From contig JBFLZG010000042.1 in the NCBI GenBank assembly GCA_040756235.1, forward strand, positions 30,014 to 94,013: 64,000 bases of DNA, read 5' to 3'. This stretch comes from a bacterium (lineage in GTDB: Bacteria > Desulfobacterota > DSWW01). The notes beneath the pieces are model-generated. The model did not search any database and was not told the DNA's origin. It saw nothing but the letters and a program-made list of their open reading frames with translations. Position numbers and translations under genes: made by a program. This document shows positions 26,003 through 38,886 of this stretch, piece after piece (position 1 is the stretch's first letter; each line of letters opens with the position of its first letter).

Positions 26003-27394
26003 ATGGAGAAGAACAGCATTCTGATCGCCGACGGGGACAAGAGCCTGCTGCTCTACATGCGCGATTTCCTGAGCCGGCTCGGTTACCGGACGTACTGCGC
26101 GGACACCGGCGACAAGACCATTCACCTGGTCCGCACGGTCCAGCCTGCGGTCGTGCTCCTCGATCTGAACCTGCCCGGCAAGGACGGGCTCGAGACCCTC
26201 CAGGAGATCATGAAGGTCCCGGAAGACATCCACGTGGTCATGATGAGCGCCAACGGCCTGGCCAAGGCGGTCGTCACCACGATGAAAATGGGAGCGATGG
26301 ATTTTCTCCACAAGCCGTTCGACCAGGACGAGCTGCTGGTCACGATCGGCAAGCAGATGAACCGCAGGGATCTGATCTGTGAGGCGAAGCTGCTGCGCGA
26401 GGAAATTCACCGAAAGGGGGAATTCCAGCGCCTCTTTCACAACAGTGAAAAGATGAAGGAGGTCCAGTCGATCGTGGAGCAGGTGGCGGACACGGACATC
26501 ACGGTGCTCATCCAGGGGGAGAGCGGCACGGGCAAGGAGCTGATTGCCAAAGCCATTTCCATGCTCTCTTCCAGGCGCGCCAAGCCCTTCCTGAAGGTCA
26601 ACTGCGCGGCCCTGCCCGAGCCGCTCCTGGAAAGCGAGATGTTCGGCTACGAGAAGGGCGCCTTCACCGGGGCCGACAGCCGCAAGCCCGGCAAGTTCGA
26701 GCTGGCCGACGGCGGCACGATCTTCCTGGATGAGATCAGCGAGATGGCGGCCCCGCTGCAGGCCAAGCTCCTGCAGGTTCTGCAGGACAAGCAATTCGCC
26801 CACCTTGGGGGCAAGGAAGACATCCAAGTGGACGTGCGCGTGATCGCGGCGACCAATCAGAACCTGGGCAGAAGCGTGGCCGAGGGAACGTTTCGGGAAG
26901 ACCTCTATTACCGGCTCAACGTGGTGAACATCCAGGTGCCTCCCTTGCGGGAACGCAAAGAGGAGATCCCGGTGTTGGTCGCGTACTTTACCGCCAAGTA
27001 TACCCAGGAATTCAAGCGCAAAGCTCCGCGGCTTTCCGAGGAGTTGCTGGATCTCTTCCAGCGTTACCGTTGGCCGGGAAACATCCGAGAGCTCGAGAAC
27101 GTGCTCAAGAAGATCGTGATCCTGGGCAGCGACGGATCGGTCCGCGGCGAGCTCAAGAAAAAGTGTCAAGCCGACGGTGACGATCCTGCGGAGGCGAAGA
27201 GGTCGGCCCGGCAGGATGGAGATCGGCTGGCGCTCAAGACCTTCAGCAAAGAGGCGATCCGCCGCGCCGAGCGGGAGATCATCGGGAAGATCTTGCAGCG
27301 GACCTGCTGGAACCGGAAGAAGGCTGCGGATCTGCTGCAGATCAGCTACAAGGCCTTGCTGTACAAGATCAAGGAGACGGGTCTGGAGAGCTAG
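26003..27394 (+). CDS. Sigma54-dependent response regulator 2
   Basis: [17 protein letters not shown], Fis HTH. Confidence 0.95.
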   Translation: MEKNSILIADGDKSLLLYMRDFLSRLGYRTYCADTGDKTIHLVRTVQPAVVLLDLNLPGKDGLETLQEIMKVPEDIHVVMMSANGLAKAVVTTMKMGAMDFLHKPFDQDELLVTIGKQMNRRDLICEAKLLREEIHRKGEFQRLFHNSEKMKEVQSIVEQVADTDITVLIQGESGTGKELIAKAISMLSSRRAKPFLKVNCAALPEPLLESEMFGYEKGAFTGADSRKPGKFELADGGTIFLDEISEMAAPLQAKLLQVLQDKQFAHLGGKEDIQVDVRVIAATNQNLGRSVAEGTFREDLYYRLNVVNIQVPPLRERKEEIPVLVAYFTAKYTQEFKRKAPRLSEELLDLFQRYRWPGNIRELENVLKKIVILGSDGSVRGELKKKCQADGDDPAEAKRSARQDGDRLALKTFSKEAIRRAEREIIGKILQRTCWNRKKAADLLQISYKALLYKIKETGLES

Positions 27395-27397
27395 CCG

Positions 27398-27427
27398 GAG
27401 CCTGTCCCAAAACGCCCGTCTGCGGCC
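27398..27427 (-). repeat. MITE-like repeat, end fragment
   Basis: GAGCCTGTCCCAAAACGCCCGTCTGCGGC matches the ends at 33313 and 38574. Confidence 0.6.
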
Positions 27428-27664
27428 GACCCGGCTGATCCGGGCGCCGCCTGCACCTCTGAAACCTGACAATTCTGCCGGCCTGCCCCCGGTACCCTTG
27501 AACCGGGGACCCCTGCCGACCGAACAGACCGCAAAATTCGGACCTCTTCTCAAGAATTTCCTCCCACAGACCGAAATCAAGTAGAAGGGCACCCCCGGGC
27601 ATCGTGCCCGTTCTCGCACCCTTGCGAGCGACCCCTGGCCATTCCATGCACGAGGACCCCAAGG

Positions 27665-29056
27665 ATGTCGAAGGTCAAGATTCTTCTGCTGGAGCCTGAA
27701 GAGAAGGCGGGAGAGGAGATCCGGGAGTTTCTGGTTGCCGACGGGCACACGGTCTGCCGGGTCGGCGACGAGGAAGCATGCCGGGAGGCCCTCGACCAGG
27801 AAATCTACGATGTGATGATCTATGAGACCAAGCTGCCCGCAAACGGCGTCCTCGATCTGGTGGAGCACTCGCGCAAAGTCAATTCCTTCGGGCTGGTGAT
27901 CTGCTTGTGCGATTCGGGTGACATGGGTGTGATGCTGGAGGCGATGGAGAAAGGAGCGGATGCCTACATCAAACGACCGTTCCAGAAGGAGGAGCTTCGG
28001 ATCACCCTGCACCGCCTCCTCGACTATCGCAGCCTCGTGGGAGCGAATTTCTATCTGCGCAGGACCCAGGATCTCATCTACCGTTTCGACGACATCATCG
28101 GGGACAGCCCGGAGCTGAAAAAGGTCCTCTCCATCGTGAAGAAGGTGGCTTTCAGCAACGCCTCGGTATTGATCGAGGGAGAGACCGGCACCGGAAAGGA
28201 GCTCATCGCCGGGGCGATCCACTACAACAGCTCCCGCAAGGACAAGAACTTCATCAAGGTCAACTGCGCCGCCCTCCAGGACACGCTTCTGGAAAGCGAG
28301 CTGTTCGGGCACGAAAAGGGGGCCTTCACGGGGGCGGACAAGCAAAGGGTCGGCCGCTTCGAGCAGGCCAACTTCGGCACGATCTTCCTGGACGAGATCG
28401 CGGACATGAGCGCCAGCACCCAGGCCAAGGTGCTCCGGGTTCTGCAGGAGCAGGAGTTCGAAAGGGTCGGGGGGACGAAGACCATCAAGGTCGACGTGCG
28501 GGTGCTGAGCGCCACCAACAAAGCCCTGAAGGAATTGATCGGCACCCGAAAATTCCGGGACGACCTCTACTACAGGCTGAACGTGGTGACGATCTACATC
28601 CCGCCCCTGCGCGAGCGCAGGGCCGACATCCTGCCCCTGGCGTATTACTTTCTCAGGCGCTTCTCCGGGGAGCTCAGCAAGAAGATCAAGGGGTTTTCTC
28701 CCGACGCGGAGAGAGTCCTGGAGAACTACGGATGGCTCGGAAACATCCGCGAGCTGCGCAACACCATCGAAAGGTCGGTGCTGCTGTGCGAGCAGGAGAC
28801 CGTGCGTGCCGAGGACCTGTTCCTCTGCTGGAACGACGGGTCGGCAAACGACAACAACGGAGGCCACCAGATCCAACTGCCTTCCGACGGGGTCCGGCTG
28901 GTCGACATGGAGAAGATGCTCGTCCTGGATGCGCTCGAGAAGGCGAACTGGGTGCAGAAGGAGGCGGCCCGGTTCCTGGGGATTTCGAGGCGGGTCATGC
29001 ACTACAAGATCCAAAAGTTCGGCATCCGGAATCCCAATTGGGTGCGCAATCGATGA
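27665..29056 (+). CDS. Sigma54-dependent regulator 3 with atypical receiver domain
   Basis: GETGTGKE, GAFTGA; receiver has LLEPE and MIYET in place of the acidic pocket and phospho-Asp. Confidence 0.93.
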   Translation: MSKVKILLLEPEEKAGEEIREFLVADGHTVCRVGDEEACREALDQEIYDVMIYETKLPANGVLDLVEHSRKVNSFGLVICLCDSGDMGVMLEAMEKGADAYIKRPFQKEELRITLHRLLDYRSLVGANFYLRRTQDLIYRFDDIIGDSPELKKVLSIVKKVAFSNASVLIEGETGTGKELIAGAIHYNSSRKDKNFIKVNCAALQDTLLESELFGHEKGAFTGADKQRVGRFEQANFGTIFLDEIADMSASTQAKVLRVLQEQEFERVGGTKTIKVDVRVLSATNKALKELIGTRKFRDDLYYRLNVVTIYIPPLRERRADILPLAYYFLRRFSGELSKKIKGFSPDAERVLENYGWLGNIRELRNTIERSVLLCEQETVRAEDLFLCWNDGSANDNNGGHQIQLPSDGVRLVDMEKMLVLDALEKANWVQKEAARFLGISRRVMHYKIQKFGIRNPNWVRNR

Positions 29057-29234
29057 CGGGCCGTGACGAAATGGGGCAACGATCCGCTGGAACTCGGGTC
29101 TTCGCGCCGCATCCTGCTTCCAAGCCGCACTGCCCGGCGGCCCGCACGATGCTTGCAAGGCTTCATGTAACATCCTGAACATGCAGGCTTTGTCTAATTC
29201 TGGCCGGGCCGGGGCGAGTCCTGCGACGGACCGC

Positions 29235-29250
29235 TGGCAGAAAAGTTGCA
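29235..29250 (+). promoter_or_regulatory. Sigma54 -24/-12 promoter
   Basis: TGGCAGAAAAGTTGCA, exact GG-N10-GC spacing. Confidence 0.7.
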
Positions 29251-29346
29251 GACTCTCGGAGGATGAAAGAGGATGGAAATGAGTTTCACCCCTGCCGGGC
29301 CGATGAGCGGGTAGGGCACTCGTCGAGAGGTTTCCAGGAGGCTGCC

Positions 29347-29910
29347 ATGCACCAGGGGCGTGGGTCGAGTGAAAAGCCGGGGAGGAGCTTCCCCCGGGTG
29401 CTCTTCTTCGTCGTTTCGATCATGGCCGTGGGCCATTTCGGGTTCCATCGACCTGCGGCAGCCCTGCCCGGTGAAGCCACGCTGGTCTGGTCGCCTGCGC
29501 CGGAACAGGATGTTGCGGCCTACCAGATCCACATCGGGCCGGTCTCGCGGTACTCCCAGGCGTTCACCGGGTACGCGGACACGATCCAGGTCCCCGAGGA
29601 CGCGTGCGTCCGGTCAGGAAACGTCCTCCGTTACCGACTCACCGGCCTGGATCCTGCCGCCGTTTACTGGGTTTCCGTCACCGCGGTCGATCAGGCAGGC
29701 AACGAGAGCTCCTTTTCCAACGAGAAGAGGATCCCCTCGGAAGATGCCCAGGTAGGGCCGGTTTCGCCGGGCTGCCGGTCCATGCCCGGCCTTTCCGGCG
29801 ACGGTCTGCGGGCGAGCCTCACCGGCTGGATCGTGCTGCTGGCGTCCGTACCTCTTTGGGTGCTCCGGTTGCGAAAGGTATCGGCTCGCCGGATCCGCTG
29901 CCGAACCTAG
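29347..29910 (+). CDS. Exported fibronectin type III domain protein with C-terminal membrane anchor; start uncertain
   Basis: ATLVWSP..DVAAYQI..LTGL..YWVSVTAVDQAGNES; C-terminal GC, TM helix, basic tail. Confidence 0.75.
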   Translation: MHQGRGSSEKPGRSFPRVLFFVVSIMAVGHFGFHRPAAALPGEATLVWSPAPEQDVAAYQIHIGPVSRYSQAFTGYADTIQVPEDACVRSGNVLRYRLTGLDPAAVYWVSVTAVDQAGNESSFSNEKRIPSEDAQVGPVSPGCRSMPGLSGDGLRASLTGWIVLLASVPLWVLRLRKVSARRIRCRT

Positions 29911-30092
29911 CGCAAGAGCTCCCCGCCGGCATCGGGTCCCTCCTGTCGCGACTTCGTGCGCCGGGCCAGGCGCTCTCTTTCGCTTCCCGACGATAGACGG
30001 CTGAAGACCGACAGCGGATCCCTCGGCCCCTGCGCCGTGCGCCAGACGCATGCGGAGCGCGCGCTTCCGCACCTTGCCGAACCGTTCCGGAA

Positions 30093-30121
30093 TTGACATT
30101 TCCCTTCCCCCTTTGTAGTGT
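30093..30121 (+). promoter_or_regulatory. Putative sigma70 promoter of hbd-mutase cluster
   Basis: TTGACA-17 bp-TAGTGT. Confidence 0.55.
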
Positions 30122-30202
30122 CATTCTCAAGATCCTCGCCTTCTCCCTCTTGTACCTTTGCCAGCAGAACAGACGAGTCTGGGTCCTCAAGGAGGCGTTC
30201 AG

Positions 30203-31063
30203 ATGCAGGCGCAAGCCATCCGGGTGATCGGTGTGATCGGGGCCGGACAGATGGGGGCAGGCATCGCCCAGGTGATGGCACAGTCGGGCCTCTCGGTGGT
30301 GGTTCAGGACATCGGCCAGCCCTATCTGGAGAACGGGCTGAACAGCATTCGGCAGAGCCTGGACCGGCTCGTGAAGAAGGGAAAGATGGGTGAGGACCAG
30401 AAGCGGGAAACCCTCGGCCGCCTGCGCACGACCTTGGACCTGGCCGAGATGCGGACGGCTCAGGTCGTGATCGAGGCGGCCACCGAGAACGTGAGAGTCA
30501 AGGAAGAGATCTTCCGCAAGCTGGACGAGATCACCCCGGCCGCGACCATCCTGGCCACGAACACTTCTTCCATCTCGATCACGCACATCGGTGCCGCAAC
30601 GGCCAGGCCGGACCGGGTCATCGGCATGCATTTCATGAATCCCGTGCCGCTCATGGAGCTGGTCGAGATCATTCGCGGGCTGAGGACGTCGGAAGAGACC
30701 TTCCAGTGCATTCAGGCGCTGACGCGCAAGGTGGCCAAGACGCCGGTGGAGGCGCAAGACTTCCCCGGGTTCATCGTCAACCGGATCCTGATGCCCATGA
30801 TCAATGAGGCGGTTTATGCGTTGTATGAAGGAGTCGGGAAGCCCGCGGACATCGATGCGGCCATGAGGCTCGGCACGAACCAGCCCATGGGTCCTCTCAC
30901 GTTGGCCGATCTCATCGGGTTGGACACCTGCCTGGCCATCATGGAAGTGCTGCACACGGGTCTGGGCGACTCGAAGTACAGACCCTGCCCGCTGCTGAAG
31001 AAATACGTGGAGGCCGGCTATCTCGGCCGCAAAGTGAAGCGGGGATTCTACACGTACGAGTGA
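30203..31063 (+). CDS. hbd: 3-hydroxybutyryl-CoA dehydrogenase
   Basis: [34 protein letters not shown]. Confidence 0.95.
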   Translation: MQAQAIRVIGVIGAGQMGAGIAQVMAQSGLSVVVQDIGQPYLENGLNSIRQSLDRLVKKGKMGEDQKRETLGRLRTTLDLAEMRTAQVVIEAATENVRVKEEIFRKLDEITPAATILATNTSSISITHIGAATARPDRVIGMHFMNPVPLMELVEIIRGLRTSEETFQCIQALTRKVAKTPVEAQDFPGFIVNRILMPMINEAVYALYEGVGKPADIDAAMRLGTNQPMGPLTLADLIGLDTCLAIMEVLHTGLGDSKYRPCPLLKKYVEAGYLGRKVKRGFYTYE

Positions 31064-31082
31064 TGCGGGGTTGGTTCAATCA

Positions 31083-31178
31083 GGAGCCCGTTGGAAGATC
31101 GGCTCCGACACGGGCTGTTCAAGAATGCCCAGGTGCAAGGCAGGCGAAGCGCTGAGGAATAAGGCGTATATGGGAGCT
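31083..31178 (+). repeat. MITE-like repeat, degenerate 5' half
   Basis: GGCTGTTCAAGAATGCCCAGGTGCAAGGC..TGAGGAATAAGGCGTA resembles copy 1. Confidence 0.6.
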
Positions 31179-31199
31179 CGGACCGGGGAGGAATCCAAC

Positions 31200-32849
<1,650 letters not shown>

Positions 32850-32913
32850 TGCTCGAGAGGAGCCCGCTGAAAAACCGGCCCCGGCACAGGAGCCTGTTAC
32901 AGGAGAAGGGAAG

Positions 32914-33309
32914 ATGGCGGACAACAGGAAACGAATCCTCATCGCGAAGCCCGGCTTGGACGGTCACGATCGCGGAGCCAAGATCATCGCGAGGGCCCTG
33001 CGGGATGCGGGATTCGAGGTGATCTATACGGGACTGCACCAGACTCCGGAAATGATCGTTGCGACCGCCATCCAAGAAGACGTGGATGCCATCGGCTTGA
33101 GCATCCTCTCGGGCGCTCACAACCATCTGTTCCCCAGGGTCGTCGAGTTGCTGCGCGACAAGGGGGCGGACGAAAAGACCGTTTTCGGCGGTGGCATCAT
33201 CCCGGTGGAAGACATCGAGGGATTGAAGAAAGCCGGAATCACGGAGATCTTCACCCCGGGCACGCAGTTGAAAGACATCGTGGAGTTTGTCCGGAAAACC
33301 GTGAAGTAG
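32914..33309 (+). CDS. icmB: Acyl-CoA mutase cobalamin-binding subunit
   Basis: [10 protein letters not shown] (DxHxxG), SILSGAH, GGIIP. Confidence 0.85.
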   Translation: MADNRKRILIAKPGLDGHDRGAKIIARALRDAGFEVIYTGLHQTPEMIVATAIQEDVDAIGLSILSGAHNHLFPRVVELLRDKGADEKTVFGGGIIPVEDIEGLKKAGITEIFTPGTQLKDIVEFVRKTVK

Positions 33310-33312
33310 GCA

Positions 33313-33465
33313 GAGGCTGTCCCAAAACGCCCATCTGCGGCGTTGCACTCATCCTTCGTCACTGCGGCGTGCTTCCATGTACGCCTCGTTCCTCAGGATT
33401 TCGTGCGCCTTGCATCTGGGTATTTTTGAACAGCCTCTGAAATTCGAGCCTGTTGGGACAGTCTC
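33313..33465 (-). mobile_element. MITE-like repeat, copy 2 (reverse orientation)
   Basis: Reverse complement of copy 1 core; ends GAGGCTGTCCC / GGGACAGTCTC. Confidence 0.8.
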
Positions 33466-33495
33466 TGGATACTCGCGAAGCCCAGGAACCCGGGG

Positions 33496-33909
33496 ATGAT
33501 CAGAGGGATCGGCGTGGATGTCGTCGAGGTCGATCGGATCGCCAGAATCCTGGGGGGGAACGGACACGAACGGTTCCTGGCGCGGGTCTACACCTCTGCC
33601 GAGTTACAGTACTGTGTGGGTAAGGCGAGACGGACCGAACACCTGGCTGCCCGATTCGCTGCCAAGGAGGCGGTCTTCAAGGCCTTGGGCACGGGCTGGT
33701 CGGGTGGGATCGGCTGGAAGGACGTAGAGGTTCGCAATGAGGCAACAGGTCTGCCTCGGGTGTTCCTGCATGGTAAGGCGCTCGAGGTCTTCCGGGAAAG
33801 GGGTGGGGGAAAGCTGCTCCTGTCCATCTCCCACACTTCCCGTGTCGCCGTCGCTCATGCCGTCTGGGAATCCGAGGAGCCTCCCGGGCCGCCGGGAGCG
33901 GCCGGCTGA
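33496..33909 (+). CDS. acpS: Holo-ACP synthase
   Basis: GIGVDVVE, ARFAAKEAVFKALGTG, LSISH. Confidence 0.95.
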   Translation: MIRGIGVDVVEVDRIARILGGNGHERFLARVYTSAELQYCVGKARRTEHLAARFAAKEAVFKALGTGWSGGIGWKDVEVRNEATGLPRVFLHGKALEVFRERGGGKLLLSISHTSRVAVAHAVWESEEPPGPPGAAG

Positions 33910-34363
33910 CCGGAGAAGGCCCGCTCGAGGTGCCTTCCCCGGAGCCCTCGTGCTGCTGCTGGTGCTGGCCGGTGGCTGCTCCTCCCTGCGCTCCTCGATC
34001 CACAAGGAAGACGTGCTGCGCAGCTCCATCGATGCCTTCCATCTGGCACTGACGAACCAGGAGACGGTCGATGCGAGCCGGTTCCTCTCATCCGGGGGCG
34101 AGGATCGGGCGGAGGAGCTCCTGGGCTGCTTTCAGCGGCGTGTGCGGGTGATCGACTACGAGTTCCACGAGATCCGCCGGACCGGGGACCCGAAGAGGGC
34201 GGTCGTCCACGTGCGCGTGGCGAGCCATGCCCGGGATGATCTCACGGTGCAGGATGCCGTGTGGGAAGAGCACTGGTACGAGGAGAATCAGAGCTGGCAC
34301 GTCCGGCTGGACTTCGAGCCTTTTGCCACGCTGGCGGCCGATTGCCTGCGCGAGCGCCGCTGA
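33857..34363 (+). CDS. Putative lipoprotein; start uncertain
   Basis: LVLLLVLAGGC lipobox-like signal followed by a globular domain. Confidence 0.55.
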   Translation: MPSGNPRSLPGRRERPADRRRPARGAFPGALVLLLVLAGGCSSLRSSIHKEDVLRSSIDAFHLALTNQETVDASRFLSSGGEDRAEELLGCFQRRVRVIDYEFHEIRRTGDPKRAVVHVRVASHARDDLTVQDAVWEEHWYEENQSWHVRLDFEPFATLAADCLRERR

Positions 34364-34851
34364 CCGGAAGGCCGGCGGGAGTCCGCCGCAAGAGACCGTG
34401 AGCCCGCACCGTTAGCGAGGCAGCGCCTGTCGGGACGGTTCTTCTCCGAATCCATTCTCACCATATCGGCGAGGGTCACGGAGCGGAGGATGCGGGAGGC
34501 CTCGCTGGAGATGGTGCTCCAAAGCTCGTTGAACGCGCAGGTCTCGACCCTCTCGCAGGAAGACGGGTCTTTGACGCAGCCGACGAAGCTGAACGGCCCT
34601 TCGAGCGTCTCGACGACTTCCAGGAGGTCGATCTTGTCCGGAGGCCGCGTGAGCAGGTAGCCTCCGAGCGGTCCGCGCGTACTCTTGATCAGCTTGGCAT
34701 GCTTCAGGATGATGGCGATCTGTTCCAGATACTTCAGCGGGATCTGCTGCCGGGCCGCCAGCTCCTTCAGCGACATGGGCCCCCCGCCGTGATGCTTGGC
34801 CAGCTCCATCAAAGCCCGAGCTCCGTATCGGCCCCGTGTGGACAGTTTCAT
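34288..34851 (-). CDS. Rrf2-family transcriptional regulator
   Basis: MKLSTRGRYG, YLEQI, STRGPLGGY, three Cys. Confidence 0.92.
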   Translation of the reverse strand: MKLSTRGRYGARALMELAKHHGGGPMSLKELAARQQIPLKYLEQIAIILKHAKLIKSTRGPLGGYLLTRPPDKIDLLEVVETLEGPFSFVGCVKDPSSCERVETCAFNELWSTISSEASRILRSVTLADMVRMDSEKNRPDRRCLANGAGSRSLAADSRRPSGQRRSRRQSAASVAKGSKSSRTCQL

Positions 34852-35036
34852 GTGGGCCTTCCCATGGTAGAGTGTAATCCGAGAGCCTTCTGGGTAAGGA
34901 CTATATCAAAGGCGCTGAAAGCCGGTCAAGGCAGCCGCCGCCGCGCCGGCCCGATCTTGCGCCGGACCGACAGCCGTGGTCGGTCCGGTTTCGAAATCGA
35001 GAGCGGGAGGAGTGACCGCCGCCGCGACCAGGAGAG

Positions 35037-36503
35037 GTGTTCCGCGTGCCGAATCCATACCTGAAGGACATCCCTTCCCGAGGCAGAGACCCTTTCTTGG
35101 AGAAAGTCGTCGATACCGTCCGGCGCCATTCCATGCTCCGGGAAGGGGACACGGTCGTCGTGGGCGTGAGCGGCGGCAAGGATTCCATGGTCTTGCTCGA
35201 CGTGCTCTGTCGGCTGGCGGAGCCCTGGAACCTGAAGCTCGTCGTTGCCCACCTCGACCACGGGCTCAGAGGGGAGGAATCAGGAGCCGAGCTGCGTTTC
35301 GTGGCGGGGCAGGCGCAAGCCAGGGGGCTTCCTTTCAGGGGTGAGGCGCTGTCCCGAGAGGATTTTGCCGGGTCGGGCAGTTTACAGGAGCGGGCGCGGG
35401 GCCTGCGCTACGCCTTCTTCGAGGGGGTCGCCCGCCATTGGGGCGCGCAGCGCATCGCCACGGGGCACCACTGCGACGACCACGCCGAGACCGTTCTCAT
35501 GCAACTCTTCCGCGGTGCCGGACGGCTCACGGGCATCCCTGCGGTTCGCGCCGGGACCTTCATCAGACCGCTGCTGGCCGTCACTCGGGACGAGATCGAG
35601 GCGTACGTCCGGCGCAGGGGTCTCCCCAGCCGCGAGGATTCCTCGAATCGCTTGTCGGTCTACCTGCGAAACCGGATCCGCCACGAGCTCGTGCCGTGGA
35701 TCCGGCGGGAGGTGAACCCCGGCTTGGCGCAGGCCCTGTCCCGTCTGGCCGACCTCCAGCAGGAGGAAGACGCCTACCTGGACGCGCTGGCGCGGCACGC
35801 ATTCGACCGCATCGCGGCGCCCGCCTCACTTGAGGGAGACGTCGTCCTCGCTCGAACCGCATGGGGAGCGCTGCATCCCGTCCTGCAGCGGCGCTGCCTG
35901 CGGCTGGCCTACGAAAGGCTGCATGGTTCCTCCTCGGGCCTCTCGTGCGCGCACCTCGCGAGGGTCTGCACGGGGCCGGCCAGGCCGAGCCCGGCCCGGC
36001 AGCGCACGTACTGCCTCCCCGGCGGCGTCCGTCTCTTCGTGAGTCAGGAGGAGCTCCGCCTTTCCCGAGCGGACCTCCGGGAGCCCGCACCTTACGACTG
36101 CCCGTTCACGGTCGGCCAGAGCTGCGAGATTCCGGCGATCGGCCTCTCCGTGAGGTCGCGCAAGATCGCGCGGGACGCTCTTACGCCCATCCGCAGCGGG
36201 CACGATGAGGCCTTCCTGGATGCATCCCTGCTCGAGGGCGCCATGAAGCTGCGCTGTTTTCGTCCCGGAGACCGCTTCTTGCCTCTCGGGCTCGGAGGAA
36301 AGGAGAAGAAGCTGCAGGATTTCTTCGTCGACGAAAAGGTGCCCCGCACCCGCAGGCGCCGGGTCCCCCTGCTCGAGGTGGAAGGACGGATCGCATGGGT
36401 GGTGGGATACCGCATCTCGGAGCGTTTCAAGATCACCCCTGCGACGCGGGAGTGCGTCCACCTGGAAGCGGTGCGCAGTCCCGAGGGGGCGGGAAAAAGA
36501 TGA
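35037..36503 (+). CDS. tilS: tRNA(Ile)-lysidine synthase
   Basis: VSGGKDS, HLDHGLR, TGHH.DD.AET, DSSN..RNRIR. Confidence 0.95.
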   Translation: MFRVPNPYLKDIPSRGRDPFLEKVVDTVRRHSMLREGDTVVVGVSGGKDSMVLLDVLCRLAEPWNLKLVVAHLDHGLRGEESGAELRFVAGQAQARGLPFRGEALSREDFAGSGSLQERARGLRYAFFEGVARHWGAQRIATGHHCDDHAETVLMQLFRGAGRLTGIPAVRAGTFIRPLLAVTRDEIEAYVRRRGLPSREDSSNRLSVYLRNRIRHELVPWIRREVNPGLAQALSRLADLQQEEDAYLDALARHAFDRIAAPASLEGDVVLARTAWGALHPVLQRRCLRLAYERLHGSSSGLSCAHLARVCTGPARPSPARQRTYCLPGGVRLFVSQEELRLSRADLREPAPYDCPFTVGQSCEIPAIGLSVRSRKIARDALTPIRSGHDEAFLDASLLEGAMKLRCFRPGDRFLPLGLGGKEKKLQDFFVDEKVPRTRRRRVPLLEVEGRIAWVVGYRISERFKITPATRECVHLEAVRSPEGAGKR

Positions 36504-36624
36504 GACAAATTGCGTTGAATGGGCCGTAAGTTCTCAATTTTTATTGAAATGTGCCGATTCCCAGTGTAAGATCAATGCAGGAGTAAGAGCCTCCTCAAAC
36601 CACCCACGAAAGGGGCCCCCCGAA

Positions 36625-38574
36625 GTGAGTCAATTCTATAAGAGTCTCGCCCTGTGGCTCACCATCATCCTGCTCTTCATGCTTCTGTACAGCGCGGTGA
36701 GAGATCAGAACTCCGAGAAACTCACGCTCTCCTATACGCAGTTCCTCTCCTACGTGCGCGAGGGGAGGATCATGCAGGTTACCCTCCAGGGCAAGCACCT
36801 GACCGGGCAGACCGTGAACGGCAAGACCTTTGACACCGATTTCCCGGACGATCCGGAGCTTCTGCCCATGCTTCGGGAGTATCACGTGGAGATCTTCGTG
36901 AAGCCGGACGAGCAAACCAAATGGTACGTGACGCTTCTGGCTTCCTGGTTTCCCATGATCCTGCTGATCGGGGTCTGGGTCTTCTTCATGCGCCAGATGC
37001 AGGCCGGCGGCGGCAAGGCGATGAGCTTCGGCAAGAGCCGCGCGCGCCTGCTGACCGAATCGCAGCAGCGGGTCACGTTTGCCGACGTGGCCGGCATCGA
37101 CGAAGCCAAGGGAGAGCTCGAGGAGATCATCGAGTTTCTCAAGGACCCCAAGAAGTTCACGCGCCTCGGAGGACGGATCCCCAAGGGGGTCCTGCTGGTG
37201 GGTCCGCCGGGCACCGGCAAGACGTTGCTCGCCAGGGCGATCGCGGGGGAGGCCGGCGTACCTTTCTTCAGCATCAGCGGCTCGGACTTCGTGGAGATGT
37301 TCGTGGGCGTCGGCGCCTCCAGGGTCCGGGACCTGTTCATCCAGGGGAAGAAGAGCGCTCCTTGCATCATATTCATCGACGAAATCGACGCGGTCGGCCG
37401 GCATCGCGGAGCCGGGCTGGGCGGAGGCCATGACGAAAGAGAGCAGACGTTGAACCAGCTCCTGGTGGAGATGGACGGCTTCGAGACCAACGAGGGCGTC
37501 ATCCTGATCGCCGCCACCAACCGCCCCGACGTCCTCGATCCGGCGCTGCTCCGGCCGGGCCGGTTCGATCGTCAGGTCATCGTGCCCAAGCCGGACATCA
37601 AAGGGAGGACGGGCATTCTGGCGGTGCACACTCGCGGCATGCCGCTCTCCCACGACGTGGAGCTGGACACGATCGCCCGGGGGACCCCCGGCTTTTCCGG
37701 CGCCGATCTCGAGAATCTGGTGAACGAAGCGGCCCTGCTGGCCGCCCGGGCGAACAAGTCCCAGATCGAGCGCGTGGATCTGGACCGGGCCAAGGACAAG
37801 GTGATCATGGGCGTCGAGCGCAAGAGCATGATCATCAGTGACGAGGAGCGCCGCAACACCGCCTACCACGAAGCGGGGCACGCCCTGGTCGCCTTTCTCA
37901 TCCCCGGCGCCGACCCGATCCACAAGGTCTCGATCATCCCGAGGGGCATGGCTCTGGGGCTGACGCAGCAGCTTCCGATCGACGAGAAGCACACGTATCC
38001 GAAGAGCTATCTCATGAACAATCTCACCATCCTGTTCGGCGGCAGGGCCGCCGAGGAGCTCGTTTCCGGTGAGATGACGACCGGCGCCGGCAACGACATC
38101 GAGCGGGCCACGGAGCTTGCCCGCAAGATGGTGTGCGAGTGGGGGATGAGCGCGAATCTCGGGCCGCTCACGTTCGGCAGGAAAGACCACGAAGTCTTCC
38201 TGGGGAAGGAGCTGGCCTACCCGGCCGATTACTCCCAGGCCACGGCCCTCCAGATCGATCAGGAGATTCGCAGGATCGTTCTGGACAGCTACGACAGAGC
38301 GAAGAGCATCATCGAGGAGAACATCGCCAGGCTCCACCTGCTCGCCCGGACGCTGCTCGAAAAAGAGTCGCTCGATGGAGAGCAAATCCGCGAAGTGATT
38401 CTGTGCGGAGAACCCCGCGCCCGCGTGGCCGATCCGCTTCTGGGCATTTCCCGTGAAGGCGGACCCAAGGGTGACTCCCCGCATGAGGGACCTCCGCCCG
38501 CCAAGGAAAGAGGGAAAGAAGAAAAGCTTGGCATACCTCCCATCGGCCTGCGGGGCCAACGCGAGGCCGGATAG
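36625..38574 (+). CDS. ftsH: ATP-dependent zinc metalloprotease FtsH
   Basis: Two TM segments, [24 protein letters not shown]. Confidence 0.98.
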   Translation: MSQFYKSLALWLTIILLFMLLYSAVRDQNSEKLTLSYTQFLSYVREGRIMQVTLQGKHLTGQTVNGKTFDTDFPDDPELLPMLREYHVEIFVKPDEQTKWYVTLLASWFPMILLIGVWVFFMRQMQAGGGKAMSFGKSRARLLTESQQRVTFADVAGIDEAKGELEEIIEFLKDPKKFTRLGGRIPKGVLLVGPPGTGKTLLARAIAGEAGVPFFSISGSDFVEMFVGVGASRVRDLFIQGKKSAPCIIFIDEIDAVGRHRGAGLGGGHDEREQTLNQLLVEMDGFETNEGVILIAATNRPDVLDPALLRPGRFDRQVIVPKPDIKGRTGILAVHTRGMPLSHDVELDTIARGTPGFSGADLENLVNEAALLAARANKSQIERVDLDRAKDKVIMGVERKSMIISDEERRNTAYHEAGHALVAFLIPGADPIHKVSIIPRGMALGLTQQLPIDEKHTYPKSYLMNNLTILFGGRAAEELVSGEMTTGAGNDIERATELARKMVCEWGMSANLGPLTFGRKDHEVFLGKELAYPADYSQATALQIDQEIRRIVLDSYDRAKSIIEENIARLHLLARTLLEKESLDGEQIREVILCGEPRARVADPLLGISREGGPKGDSPHEGPPPAKERGKEEKLGIPPIGLRGQREAG

Positions 38575-38842
38575 AGCCTGTCCCAAAACGCCCATCTGCG
38601 GCGTTGCGCTCATGGCGGAGGGAGGGCGTGGCGAGCCTGCCCCGGCGCAGGCCGGGGTCTCCTGTGACCCAGGTACCCCTCATTCCTCGGGATTTGACTC
38701 GCGCCGTCCATGGCGCTCGCCCTGCGGGCGCATCATCCTGGCGGATGATGCGCCCAATTCCGCTGTCCTGCGGAATTGTCGCGCGCCTTGCATCTGGCCA
38801 TTTTTGAACAGGCTCTGGAACCAGGGCTTTTGGGACAAGCTC
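38574..38842 (-). mobile_element. MITE-like repeat, copy 3 with internal insertions
   Basis: GAGCCTGTCCCAAAA / TTTTGGGACAAGCTC ends; core segments match copies 1 and 2. Confidence 0.7.
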
Positions 38843-38886
38843 TGGAAAGCCTCCGTCATGGCCTCACTGCCTAGTTCCGGCCGCGC

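Noticed and set aside
29142..29157. Second sigma54 promoter (CCGCACGATGCTTGCA)
   Set aside because: Lacks the invariant GG of the -24 element.
25907..29182. 1091-aa minus-strand ORF and similar long antisense ORFs (19256-21661, 22057-24420, 36595-38613, 43922-45817)
   Set aside because: Shadow frames of well-supported plus-strand genes in GC-rich DNA with no motifs of their own.
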